In this document: piece after piece, positions 18,931-27,920 of the stretch | Numbering within the stretch: the stretch's first letter is position 1 | How the letters are laid out: each line of letters starts with the position of its first letter | Virus record (IMG/VR): IMGVR_UViG_3300037524_000450 | Location: 18,784-82,783 of that record | DNA length: 64,000 nucleotides | Source: a virus | Taxonomy: Duplodnaviria > Caudoviricetes | Reading direction: 5' to 3' (one strand) | Translations under genes and position numbers: made by a program | The notes under the pieces: model-generated | Seen by the model: the letters and a program-made list of their open reading frames with translations, nothing else | The model's database searches: none | Told to the model about the DNA's origin: nothing

Positions 18931-20184
18931 ATGGCAACAGCAGGCTTTCCTATTATTGGTTCACCCACTGTTTGGGGTAACTGGAATTCATTCGGTTCTA
19001 GTGCCTGGAATATGTGGTTTATGGCTCCATATGGCTCCTGGATGTACTGTGGCTTTGTAAAGAGCAATACAGAGTACTTCCGAAAAGTCTATATCGGGAC
19101 CGATGACGCAGACTATGAGATAAATACTTGGGAGTTTGATGCAGGAACTACCCCAGATGATGTTTTCATATACGAACAAAATGAGGGCTACCCAAATGGT
19201 TCTATGGGTATGGGGTGTATAAGAGGGGCTACCCCGACACTGTATCTCGCAGGAAGATCATCTGCCGCTCCTAATGTAGACGACGCCATTATTCACCGCT
19301 TCCTGGTAAACTCCAGCTTTGCCCAAACCGGGGCTGGCTTAATCCCTAGAAACGCTGGGGATACTGCTGCCCTTAGTGTTAACCATATCTGCGGCATTGA
19401 AGTAGACCAGGGGAATGCTGTTTACATAGTTACCAATAATAATGATGGTAACGAGTTTAGACTTTACCGCTATGCTTATACTTGGGCGGGGAATCTTGTC
19501 CCAACGCATAACGAAGCGCTTTCCCCGGCTTATCTTTTTAATAACGCTTCTGCCCGGATTAGGGGAATTGCCCTAGGTTCCGATGGTAATGTTCTAATCT
19601 TTGCAAACACAGGGCTTAGTGCTACAGAGTGTAAGGTATTCAAATTTGACAAAGATGATTTATCCTACTTGGGGTTCGCTAGTTGGTCACCCAATATTTC
19701 TACCTCTACTTGGGCATATCTGGTTGCTAACGGCGAAGTCTTCATGTACTTCCAGGGCTTAGATAGTACTAGTAGTTTGGACCAAAGAACGGCCATTTAT
19801 TATGACCGGGCAACTGGAATTCCAGACCAAACTAAGAGTAACTTTATCATTAATGATAACTTGACTACCTTTGCAAGCGACGAAGCTATTGAACTCACAT
19901 ACGTTGCTAAAGATGCTTTTAATATTGCAGTCACTGGGGCCAATGCTAAATTCTACATTGATGGCGAAGACCCCGACGACGAAGAAAGCTGGACAGACCG
20001 CGTAGGAGGAATTCAAGCCAGTTCTGGTGCTCCTTTTTTTGACGCTGATGGTGTACCCGAAGCTACATCTGCTATTGTTGCTACGGATGGGAGTGGAATT
20101 GCTACAGCGTACTACAAACCTATGAGAAGTGGCACGGGAACCGAACGTGACACGATTAACGTTATTTGTCCGGCAGATAACTAA
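18931..20184 (+). CDS. structural protein with predicted beta-propeller and C-terminal Ig-like domain
   Basis: Within the baseplate operon. Beta-rich blade-like repeats, and C-terminal TDGSGIATAYY resembling a Big-1 motif. Confidence 0.55.
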   Translation: MATAGFPIIGSPTVWGNWNSFGSSAWNMWFMAPYGSWMYCGFVKSNTEYFRKVYIGTDDADYEINTWEFDAGTTPDDVFIYEQNEGYPNGSMGMGCIRGATPTLYLAGRSSAAPNVDDAIIHRFLVNSSFAQTGAGLIPRNAGDTAALSVNHICGIEVDQGNAVYIVTNNNDGNEFRLYRYAYTWAGNLVPTHNEALSPAYLFNNASARIRGIALGSDGNVLIFANTGLSATECKVFKFDKDDLSYLGFASWSPNISTSTWAYLVANGEVFMYFQGLDSTSSLDQRTAIYYDRATGIPDQTKSNFIINDNLTTFASDEAIELTYVAKDAFNIAVTGANAKFYIDGEDPDDEESWTDRVGGIQASSGAPFFDADGVPEATSAIVATDGSGIATAYYKPMRSGTGTERDTINVICPADN

Positions 20185-22604
20185 TGGCTTGGTGGGAACC
20201 CCTTCCGGTTGCTCCTGCTCACGAAGCTTCTCTGGTTATCTATGTAATAGAACCAGAGGTTAGTGAGAACGCCTTTGTTTACGTTGTAGAACCAACGTTA
20301 AACTCGGCTTACGTGGCTGTTGTTCCCATTTTTGAAGCTGCTCGGGATCAAGCCTCCATTACGATTGAGAAGATTACTCAGACATACTTCAGGGATAATA
20401 TCAAACGCTTTATCCCCTATGAGTATTGGCGGATGGATGCTAAGCGTATTGACGAGGGTGGGGGTGAAGGTAACCTCGAAAACTTCATGGAGGTTTTCGC
20501 TATAACCCTTGACGAGATAAAACAGGCTATAGACGAGTTTACGCTACTTTTTGACATAGACCACTGTGACCCTCGGTACCTCCGTACAATTGCAGAGATG
20601 ATTAACTACCCCTTAGAGGGAGCGGACAACACAGCCGAACAACGTAAGCAGCTTAAGTCTGCTATCGAATGGTACAAGAGCAAGGGTAGCAAACGTGCTT
20701 TCGTTGCAATACTTTACGCTTTTGGATACTACGCGGAGATCATTCCTCTTTGGACACAGAACACAGAGGATAACCCTTATGAAGTATTCACCGAAACTAT
20801 CCCTGGGGTAGCTGCTGGTAATGACCCACCGAATGACTACCCGCTCCTTATAGAGAATGGTGGTACTTGGTTCCGTAGCCCGCATTTTGGAATTAGGCTT
20901 AAGGCTATTGTTGGGGATAACCACCTTGACATAGACTGGGGGTCTATGACCGAAGGGGAGATTCCAATTACTGACGAGGTTGCAACCAGTAGCCCAGACG
21001 GGAGCGTAACCTCTTTTGTAGGAACATTAGCTTATTATCCATTACTTGCTGGCTCTGTAGACGTTGACACATATGTACATGGTGCCCCGACTACGGATAT
21101 TGTAGATGATGGTGTTGGTGGCTTAGTAGGAACCAGTCTTACAGCTAAAATAGTAGACAGCACACCAGACGGGGTTATAACTTCTTTTGGAACCGATGTA
21201 GCAGGCACAACCATAGATTTTGCAAGTGACCCTAGCTCAGTCATGGCTAAGGCACAGCTTGAAGATGGAACTTTTGCCATTGTTACAGATGATGGCCTGG
21301 GTGTCTTTACAGACGTGCCTAACGGAATCTCTGGGACCGTTGATTATGCTACTGGCGAGTGGCACTTAGACTTTGCCGGGTCTGTACCTAAAGTTGACAC
21401 CGACATTGAGTTTGTGTACACAACCGTTGTTACTGGGACTATTGACTATGACACAGGGGATTGGACATTAGAGTTTGCTACCCCACCGTCATATAATGCT
21501 GATATTATCTTTAGTTACACTTATGATTGGGAAAATCTTGTACTTTCTGTCGGGTACCACAAAGCATTTTACACAGCCCTTGATGCTCTGATAAAGGCTG
21601 GGGCTTCGCTCAAGTATCATTTTACCAACGAAGAATTCTGGTACATGTGGCGGCGCATAGAATTTCTACGCCCAGTATTCACAGTTCTTGACTGGATCGA
21701 GCACGGCTTAGAGATGTACGAATGGTTTAGTGGCCCAACATTGGACGAACCAGTCATGACGGTTAATCCTACCAGAAATGATAAGGGCTGGTACCTTGGT
21801 TATTGTGACCTGGACGATATTCAGTACACCCGGTTAGATATTAGGTTACTTGGACCCGATTATCTTTCGTTAACGTCGCCTTTAGGACCGGGTGCTCCTG
21901 CAACAGTAACTATTACGGATGAGGTAGCTGAGAGTGTTTCTTCGGTCATTACTCATATTAGTGGTATTTTAGCTAATCAGTGGATCTACACCGGGGTTGA
22001 GTTTACTGTCACTATTGGAGCAGCCCCATATACTGTTCTGGACAACGGAGAAGGCGTATTAGTTGGTGAAGACGCTACAGTATACGGGACCATAGATTAC
22101 ATTACTGGAGCGTGGGAACTAATTTTTGAAGGTGTAAACCCAGATAACCCGTCGGATATCCTCGTAGATTATGTGTATACCACGGAAGTTCCGCCGTGTG
22201 ATCGTTCTGGTGTTTTCCCTCGGGGGTCTACAGCACTGCCCTTCCCGCATCTAAGAGACCCACAAGAGGGGTACTGCCACCCACCAGAAGAGCTGTTTAT
22301 CGACTGGTACTGGTTGCCGGAAGAAGAGTATCAGCTACCCCTTTTACGGAATGGTATGAACCTTTACCCTGCTGCTGGACCAGTAGTTTACATTGACCAT
22401 GCAGATTTCCCGTCTAGGGGGTTTGCCAACTCATTAGGGGCTGCAGGGCATGCTAATACCTTTACTAGAGAATTTGGTTATTCTACCCGTCCTCTTTCTT
22501 TATTAAGAGTACAGGCTAACCCAGACCCTGAAGATGAGAACTGGGAAAACCAAAATGTTGAGTGGGAAAATTGGACTGGTCCTTGGGAGAACATAGGAGA
22601 CTAA
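20184..22604 (+). CDS. baseplate wedge / fibre-attachment protein (P2 gpI / gp7-like) with repeated Ig-like modules
   Basis: LFDIDHCDPRYLRTIAEMINYP...WYKSKGS is a gpI-type motif. Three DDG-x-G...GT(I/V)DY-x-TG-x-W modules. Confidence 0.8.
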   Translation: MAWWEPLPVAPAHEASLVIYVIEPEVSENAFVYVVEPTLNSAYVAVVPIFEAARDQASITIEKITQTYFRDNIKRFIPYEYWRMDAKRIDEGGGEGNLENFMEVFAITLDEIKQAIDEFTLLFDIDHCDPRYLRTIAEMINYPLEGADNTAEQRKQLKSAIEWYKSKGSKRAFVAILYAFGYYAEIIPLWTQNTEDNPYEVFTETIPGVAAGNDPPNDYPLLIENGGTWFRSPHFGIRLKAIVGDNHLDIDWGSMTEGEIPITDEVATSSPDGSVTSFVGTLAYYPLLAGSVDVDTYVHGAPTTDIVDDGVGGLVGTSLTAKIVDSTPDGVITSFGTDVAGTTIDFASDPSSVMAKAQLEDGTFAIVTDDGLGVFTDVPNGISGTVDYATGEWHLDFAGSVPKVDTDIEFVYTTVVTGTIDYDTGDWTLEFATPPSYNADIIFSYTYDWENLVLSVGYHKAFYTALDALIKAGASLKYHFTNEEFWYMWRRIEFLRPVFTVLDWIEHGLEMYEWFSGPTLDEPVMTVNPTRNDKGWYLGYCDLDDIQYTRLDIRLLGPDYLSLTSPLGPGAPATVTITDEVAESVSSVITHISGILANQWIYTGVEFTVTIGAAPYTVLDNGEGVLVGEDATVYGTIDYITGAWELIFEGVNPDNPSDILVDYVYTTEVPPCDRSGVFPRGSTALPFPHLRDPQEGYCHPPEELFIDWYWLPEEEYQLPLLRNGMNLYPAAGPVVYIDHADFPSRGFANSLGAAGHANTFTREFGYSTRPLSLLRVQANPDPEDENWENQNVEWENWTGPWENIGD

Positions 22605-22607
22605 GAT

Positions 22608-24944
22608 ATGGCATTTACTGGAAATGACCCAAAAGATACCTACTTGGGTATTTTGACTCTCGGGGACGATGGGGGTGCGCCACCCACATCTAATACGCTC
22701 CACCCCACTACGTTGCAGGCAGTTTTAGACGCAGCGGGTAATGCTTCTTTACTCGAACTCAGCCAAGATAAGGCGGCTTTTACTGGGATTATGGAAGCTT
22801 CCGCTACTGGGATAGTAATGGAGACGGGTATACCCCTGGAGTCTGATAGTCTAGTAACTGATTCTCTCCTTTCTCAGTCGGACAACGCGGTTGGTGTACT
22901 CTTTACTGCGGGTGACCCGGAAGGCTCGCTAGCGGCTTCTGTAGGCTCTGTGGCCCTTCGTACTGACGGCACTGCTGGTGCTACCATGTATGTCAAGGAA
23001 AGCGGTGTAGGGGACACTGGGTGGACCCCTATTGACGTGGTTACTACCTTCCTCGGTTTGTCTGACACCCCGGCGGTATACTCGGCAGAGAAGTGGGTCA
23101 GGGTCAACGCTGGTGGAACGGCTCTTGAACTAGTAGACCCACCAACGGTAGCCCTTGGTAATTTCTATGAATTAAATGATGCACCACCAAGTTACGTGGG
23201 CTTTGGTGGGTACGTGGTAGCTGTAAACCTAGCAGAGACAGGACTTACATTTACCAATCAAGCTGTTGGTGCTTTTACGGACCTGAGCGATACTCCTGCT
23301 GCCCTTATAGCCAGTAAGTATTTACAAGTCAACGCTTTAGGTACTGCTCTTGAGTTTGTAGACAATACATCCGCTTCAGCATTTGTGGGTATGCCTGACA
23401 CGCCAGCAGACTACACAGGTATGGCTGGTGCTCTTGTAGCAGTTAATGCTACTGAAGACGCTGTAGAATTTATAGCCGAGGGTGGTGCCTGGGGAGATAT
23501 TTTATTTTTTGACGGTGCTACTTGGACTATTCTTAACGCAGGATCTGACGGGCAAGCACTTGTTACTCATGCAAATACCGGTAACCCAACTTGGGAAGAT
23601 CTTGGGGCTTTTCTCAATCTCAGTGATACTCCAGTCGCGTATACGAATATGGAAGGTGCTATTGTCGCGGTTAATGCTGCAGCAGATGCTCTCGAATTTA
23701 TAGGTGATGGTGCTACCTGGGGGGATATTCTTTTCTTTGATGGCACCAACTGGGTTACTCTTGCTGCTGGTACAGAAGGACAAGTTTTAGTTACACACGA
23801 AAACACTGGTAACCCAACTTGGGAAGATACTGTTGCTGGGGCAACTTTTGTTGGGCTAGCTGATACACCAAACGATTATATTGGCATGGCTGGGGCGATT
23901 ATTTGCCCTGACTATAGTGAAACAGAATTACAGTTTAATGCTTATTCGTCACCTGGCCCAGATACTATTGTTTTAGGCATATTGCCATATTTAACTTATG
24001 ACTCTGATAATGGGGTTGTAAGTTACACCTATGCTGACCCCCCACCATATGACGCAGGGAAAGAGGCAGCCGGGGAGTTTCCGGTACTCATGGCTACTTC
24101 TTTGAACAATGCTGGACCACCTCTAGAATATGGTGGTGTCCCTGGTTGGACATATATTTCAGATATGTTTAGTGGGTTCAACACATTTGTTGGGCTAACT
24201 GATGGCCCCATGAACTATGGTTCAGACGGTTATGTTCTTACAACTGACGGGGATGACACACTATCCTGGGCTGCTGTTGGGGATCTTGGTGGACATCCTG
24301 CACAACCCCCGCAGTATGATTTGGTAGACGAAGAGTTTGAAGTACTTGTTTTTGGCTCTTTATCTGTTACGTTAGCTTCGTCTAGGGCAACTACTACTGC
24401 TGCAGTTGTTGACGATACGCCAGATGGGGTTATAACTTCTTTTGGAACCGATGTAGCAGGTACCCAATTGGGTGCCCCAGTAGAGGTGGGTTCTGTAGCT
24501 TTTACAGCTATTGTTAGCGCCTCTAACGTAGTGGTTACAGACCAGGGGGATGGAACGCTCAGTGGCCCTAATGCAACGGGTACTATAAGCTATGGTAACG
24601 GCGAATGGCATATTGATTTTACTGGTACCCCCCCAGATGACACTACGGATATCACTGTAGACTTTGCATCGTACACAGGATCTGCAAAAGTTCGTATATC
24701 CGCATATGACTGTATTCGGTCAATACACGGTGGGGTTGGCCCCTTCGAATATGCTATTGTAGAGGTGGCTGGAGACCCGACGGGGTTATATGAAGTAAAT
24801 TCTAGGGATGCATATCTTGAATTCGACTGTGCTGACGTAGGAGGAGCGATCATACTGGATGTTTATGTGAAGGACGCCTATGGTAATGCTACCTATAGCC
24901 AAAGTACTGTGACCCCAGGAGACCTTTTGTCCAAGTGTCCATAA
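22608..24944 (+). CDS. tail fibre protein with tandem repeats
   Basis: Seven F-x2-L-x-DTP-x2-Y...VAVN...ALEF-type repeats and a duplicated WGDILFFDG...GNPTWED unit. Confidence 0.75.
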   Translation: MAFTGNDPKDTYLGILTLGDDGGAPPTSNTLHPTTLQAVLDAAGNASLLELSQDKAAFTGIMEASATGIVMETGIPLESDSLVTDSLLSQSDNAVGVLFTAGDPEGSLAASVGSVALRTDGTAGATMYVKESGVGDTGWTPIDVVTTFLGLSDTPAVYSAEKWVRVNAGGTALELVDPPTVALGNFYELNDAPPSYVGFGGYVVAVNLAETGLTFTNQAVGAFTDLSDTPAALIASKYLQVNALGTALEFVDNTSASAFVGMPDTPADYTGMAGALVAVNATEDAVEFIAEGGAWGDILFFDGATWTILNAGSDGQALVTHANTGNPTWEDLGAFLNLSDTPVAYTNMEGAIVAVNAAADALEFIGDGATWGDILFFDGTNWVTLAAGTEGQVLVTHENTGNPTWEDTVAGATFVGLADTPNDYIGMAGAIICPDYSETELQFNAYSSPGPDTIVLGILPYLTYDSDNGVVSYTYADPPPYDAGKEAAGEFPVLMATSLNNAGPPLEYGGVPGWTYISDMFSGFNTFVGLTDGPMNYGSDGYVLTTDGDDTLSWAAVGDLGGHPAQPPQYDLVDEEFEVLVFGSLSVTLASSRATTTAAVVDDTPDGVITSFGTDVAGTQLGAPVEVGSVAFTAIVSASNVVVTDQGDGTLSGPNATGTISYGNGEWHIDFTGTPPDDTTDITVDFASYTGSAKVRISAYDCIRSIHGGVGPFEYAIVEVAGDPTGLYEVNSRDAYLEFDCADVGGAIILDVYVKDAYGNATYSQSTVTPGDLLSKCP

Positions 24945-24960
24945 TTTTTTGGAGGATTAG

Positions 24961-25515
24961 ATGGATTTTATTGAAGCGATTAAAGTTCCGGAAGGCATCT
25001 TCCAGCTCCGTTCTTATGATGTAAGAACGGGGCAACTTATTGATTTTGTTGAGGGCACTAACATCGTGGTTAACTACGGTCGAGAAGCCCTTGCCCGCCT
25101 TCTGGGTGCTCATGACCCTGGTGTCGATCCTCCAGATGGTGTCTACACTGGCGTTATCAGTTGGCACGTAGACAAGATGAAGTTTGGCAACGGGGGGCAT
25201 AATCCTCTGGATGTCACAGAGATGCTTGCCGTGTCTGTTGCTGATACCGACCTGTATGCGGCAAATCCTCTGCAGATTTTTGAGGCGGATACTACGGTTA
25301 GCTGGCCTTCTTTCGGTTCACGTAAAGTTACCTTTACGGCGACGATGGAGGCGGCTGAGGGTAATAGCCCGACAGACCTTATTGACCCATATGAATATTC
25401 CGAGGCTGGTTTGTACTACAGCGAAGGTACTATGATGTTCGCGCATAAGGCTTTTGGTTATGTGGTAAAGAATAGCACGATTAGATTGGTTGCCACATGG
25501 ACTTTCACCTTCTAG
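24961..25515 (+). CDS. tail-collar/fibre-associated protein (DUF3751-like)
   Basis: NIVVNYGREALARLLG, MKFGNGG, VTFTATM-x3-EGN, YSEAGLY and the W-T-F-T-F end. Confidence 0.7.
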   Translation: MDFIEAIKVPEGIFQLRSYDVRTGQLIDFVEGTNIVVNYGREALARLLGAHDPGVDPPDGVYTGVISWHVDKMKFGNGGHNPLDVTEMLAVSVADTDLYAANPLQIFEADTTVSWPSFGSRKVTFTATMEAAEGNSPTDLIDPYEYSEAGLYYSEGTMMFAHKAFGYVVKNSTIRLVATWTFTF

Positions 25516-27854
25516 AAGCCAAAAAGCCACGTTCTATACTTAAGCAACAGCTTAAGGGTGAGTTTGTGGGACAAGACCCAGAAAATGTTCCTGGGCAACG
25601 TGTGTCTCAGCATTGGGCGCGGCGTGCTGTTCGTATTATGCAGGATTTGGGGCTTGGTAAACCTAAGGGGGAAACTCGGTATGACCCGTATGCGTCATAC
25701 CGTAGGCAAATATTTGAAATCTTGAACCAAATGGAACAGAAAAATGGTGAAGGTTTCATGAATGCCCTGAACGACCAACAGCTCAAAACGTCTATTCGTA
25801 CTTTAGCTAAGAACATATCTTTATCCCGCGACATACCAAGCAAAGACCCAAAGTTATCAAGTGTTATTACTGGTAACTATGGTGGAGTTTTAACGCACCG
25901 GGCTGGCTATGTAGACATTGATGGTAACACAGTTGTAGACATGCCAACTTCGGCTAGACACGTAGCTCGGGCTACGGAGCTTGATAAACCTCAGCACATG
26001 GGGATGCAAGATTTACAGGGTAGCAAGAACCCCGTACTTAAAGATATTCACCATGTGTTGTCCCAAGATAAGTTTGATATAAACCGGGATAAGGCGGTTG
26101 TTTTTTCTATTGACAACAAGCCGTTCTATTTTCTAGGGCATGTAACCAAAACCGTTAAAATTGGAGCAGCCCCAGAAAAGTATGCTTATAACCTGCTTAT
26201 CCCTAGGGCCATGTACAACAGAGCTGCGATGAACAAGCTTGGTGACATGGTAGCTAAAGAAATTGAAGTTAAACATACAGAAGACTACGGCTGGTTGACC
26301 AAGTGGCACAGGCTTTGGAAGACCCCAGACCTAGCTAAGCTCCAAGATGGCAATAAAGAAATTGTTATCAAGGGTAAGGTTTTTGACGATGTTGTACTAC
26401 AAGCACAAAAATTAGCTTGGGAAAAAAGCAAGCGTTTCTTTGCTGCCCAAAAGGCGTACCTCTCCTTTTTCAAGAAACTAAAACATCTTTCAGACAAAGA
26501 AAGAGAAGAGGGCCGTAATTACTTAGAGCAAGAAATAAAGAAAATGGGCGAGGAGTTCAGTTGGTACCTCTGGCTGTTGGCAAACGAGTACCAATTTGGT
26601 ATCCAAGTCCCAGAGCGTAGGACACTTAATTTAAACTTACCTACCACTCAAAATACTACAGCGACTGAAATTAAACATTCTACTATCCAACCAGTTGGTA
26701 GGGAAGATACCCCTAGTTGGAACTTAAGCTCTCTTACTGGGTTAGGGTTCGCTGTGCCAAGGTTGGACAAGTTTGAAAAGCAGTTACAGGCGTCAAACTA
26801 TAACCTTGGATACCAGGGGAACAAGGCGACCACGCACTTGTGGATGCCCCTGGTTGACTTGGAACGAGAGGGCCGGTTACATGGTGTGAAGTTCCACCCT
26901 ACTAATATCTCGGACTACTTAAGGGCGAGTAAAAGAAAGTCCGAGACTGAATATATTGTAGGTACAGAAGGTGGGGAGATCTCGGTTAAAAAGAAGCTGC
27001 CCTTCCCCCAGTTTAATATAACCATCGGGGGCAAAGAATACGCTCTAGTCCCAGCAGTAGAGTATTTAAGGCACTTTGACTCTCCTGCTCATGGTGGGGA
27101 TAGACTCATCCACGGTAAGGGTGTCATCCCTGCCAAGCTTCCTGTGCGGTCTTGGGTAGACATAAAGTCCGTTAACCCCGCACCAGGAATTCAGCGGGTT
27201 GTTTCCAAGGGGACATATATACATGACCCGGAGACTATAAGGGCTAATAGGCCAGATCCTAAAGAAGTTATGGCTAGACTAGGTGTAGATAGAGAACGCA
27301 TAGAAAGACAAAAAGCACGAGCTAAAGAAATTGAAGCTCGTAAGAATCTAGTCTATGTAGAACCAGGGCAGAAAAAGTTTACTGGGTTCTCGCATTGGGG
27401 AACTCGTATACCCATCGACCGAGGGGTTTCTAAGGGCTTCCGAGTAAGAGCACAACAAAACCGGGCGTTTAGAACCCATACATTTGAGAAAACATTACCG
27501 GCGGGGAATACGGCCTCGGTGACTACTAAGATCATAGATGTCAGACGGCCTACTCCGCAAGTTAACTTACTGTCCAAAAAGGGTATTTTTGACTGGCGGT
27601 CTAAAGCTGCGATAATGATTACTCAGCTAGGCATCAAAGATTTTGAAAGAAAAAAGGAAATCATCGAGAAAATGCGTGACCCGGAGAACAAGATATTTTT
27701 CTTGAAAACTTCTAGAGCGGCTGTTCCAAAAGAAGAGCAAGAAAGAATTAAGAAATACTTAGCAGACAGAGAAGCCCTGCTAAGTAAGTTAGGCAGAGAT
27801 CAACTTCGCGCTGAAGTTATCACTGCTGCTAAAGAAAAGGGCTTTATTAAATAG
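25497..27854 (+). CDS. large basic hypothetical protein
   Basis: 785-aa K/R-rich ORF with no recognised motif. Confidence 0.7.
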   Translation: MDFHLLEAKKPRSILKQQLKGEFVGQDPENVPGQRVSQHWARRAVRIMQDLGLGKPKGETRYDPYASYRRQIFEILNQMEQKNGEGFMNALNDQQLKTSIRTLAKNISLSRDIPSKDPKLSSVITGNYGGVLTHRAGYVDIDGNTVVDMPTSARHVARATELDKPQHMGMQDLQGSKNPVLKDIHHVLSQDKFDINRDKAVVFSIDNKPFYFLGHVTKTVKIGAAPEKYAYNLLIPRAMYNRAAMNKLGDMVAKEIEVKHTEDYGWLTKWHRLWKTPDLAKLQDGNKEIVIKGKVFDDVVLQAQKLAWEKSKRFFAAQKAYLSFFKKLKHLSDKEREEGRNYLEQEIKKMGEEFSWYLWLLANEYQFGIQVPERRTLNLNLPTTQNTTATEIKHSTIQPVGREDTPSWNLSSLTGLGFAVPRLDKFEKQLQASNYNLGYQGNKATTHLWMPLVDLEREGRLHGVKFHPTNISDYLRASKRKSETEYIVGTEGGEISVKKKLPFPQFNITIGGKEYALVPAVEYLRHFDSPAHGGDRLIHGKGVIPAKLPVRSWVDIKSVNPAPGIQRVVSKGTYIHDPETIRANRPDPKEVMARLGVDRERIERQKARAKEIEARKNLVYVEPGQKKFTGFSHWGTRIPIDRGVSKGFRVRAQQNRAFRTHTFEKTLPAGNTASVTTKIIDVRRPTPQVNLLSKKGIFDWRSKAAIMITQLGIKDFERKKEIIEKMRDPENKIFFLKTSRAAVPKEEQERIKKYLADREALLSKLGRDQLRAEVITAAKEKGFIK

Positions 27855-27920
27855 TATAAGAACCTAAAAGAGCTTTATTGTTATTGACGGGGTATATCCC
27901 CGGTGCAATGGGAGAAATAC

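Noticed and set aside
1225-24944. Bacterial eCIS, tailocin or T6SS locus instead of a phage
   Set aside because: The same contig carries DnaB, primase, UvsW-like helicase, HU, endolysin and a typical phage early-gene block, with no host housekeeping genes.
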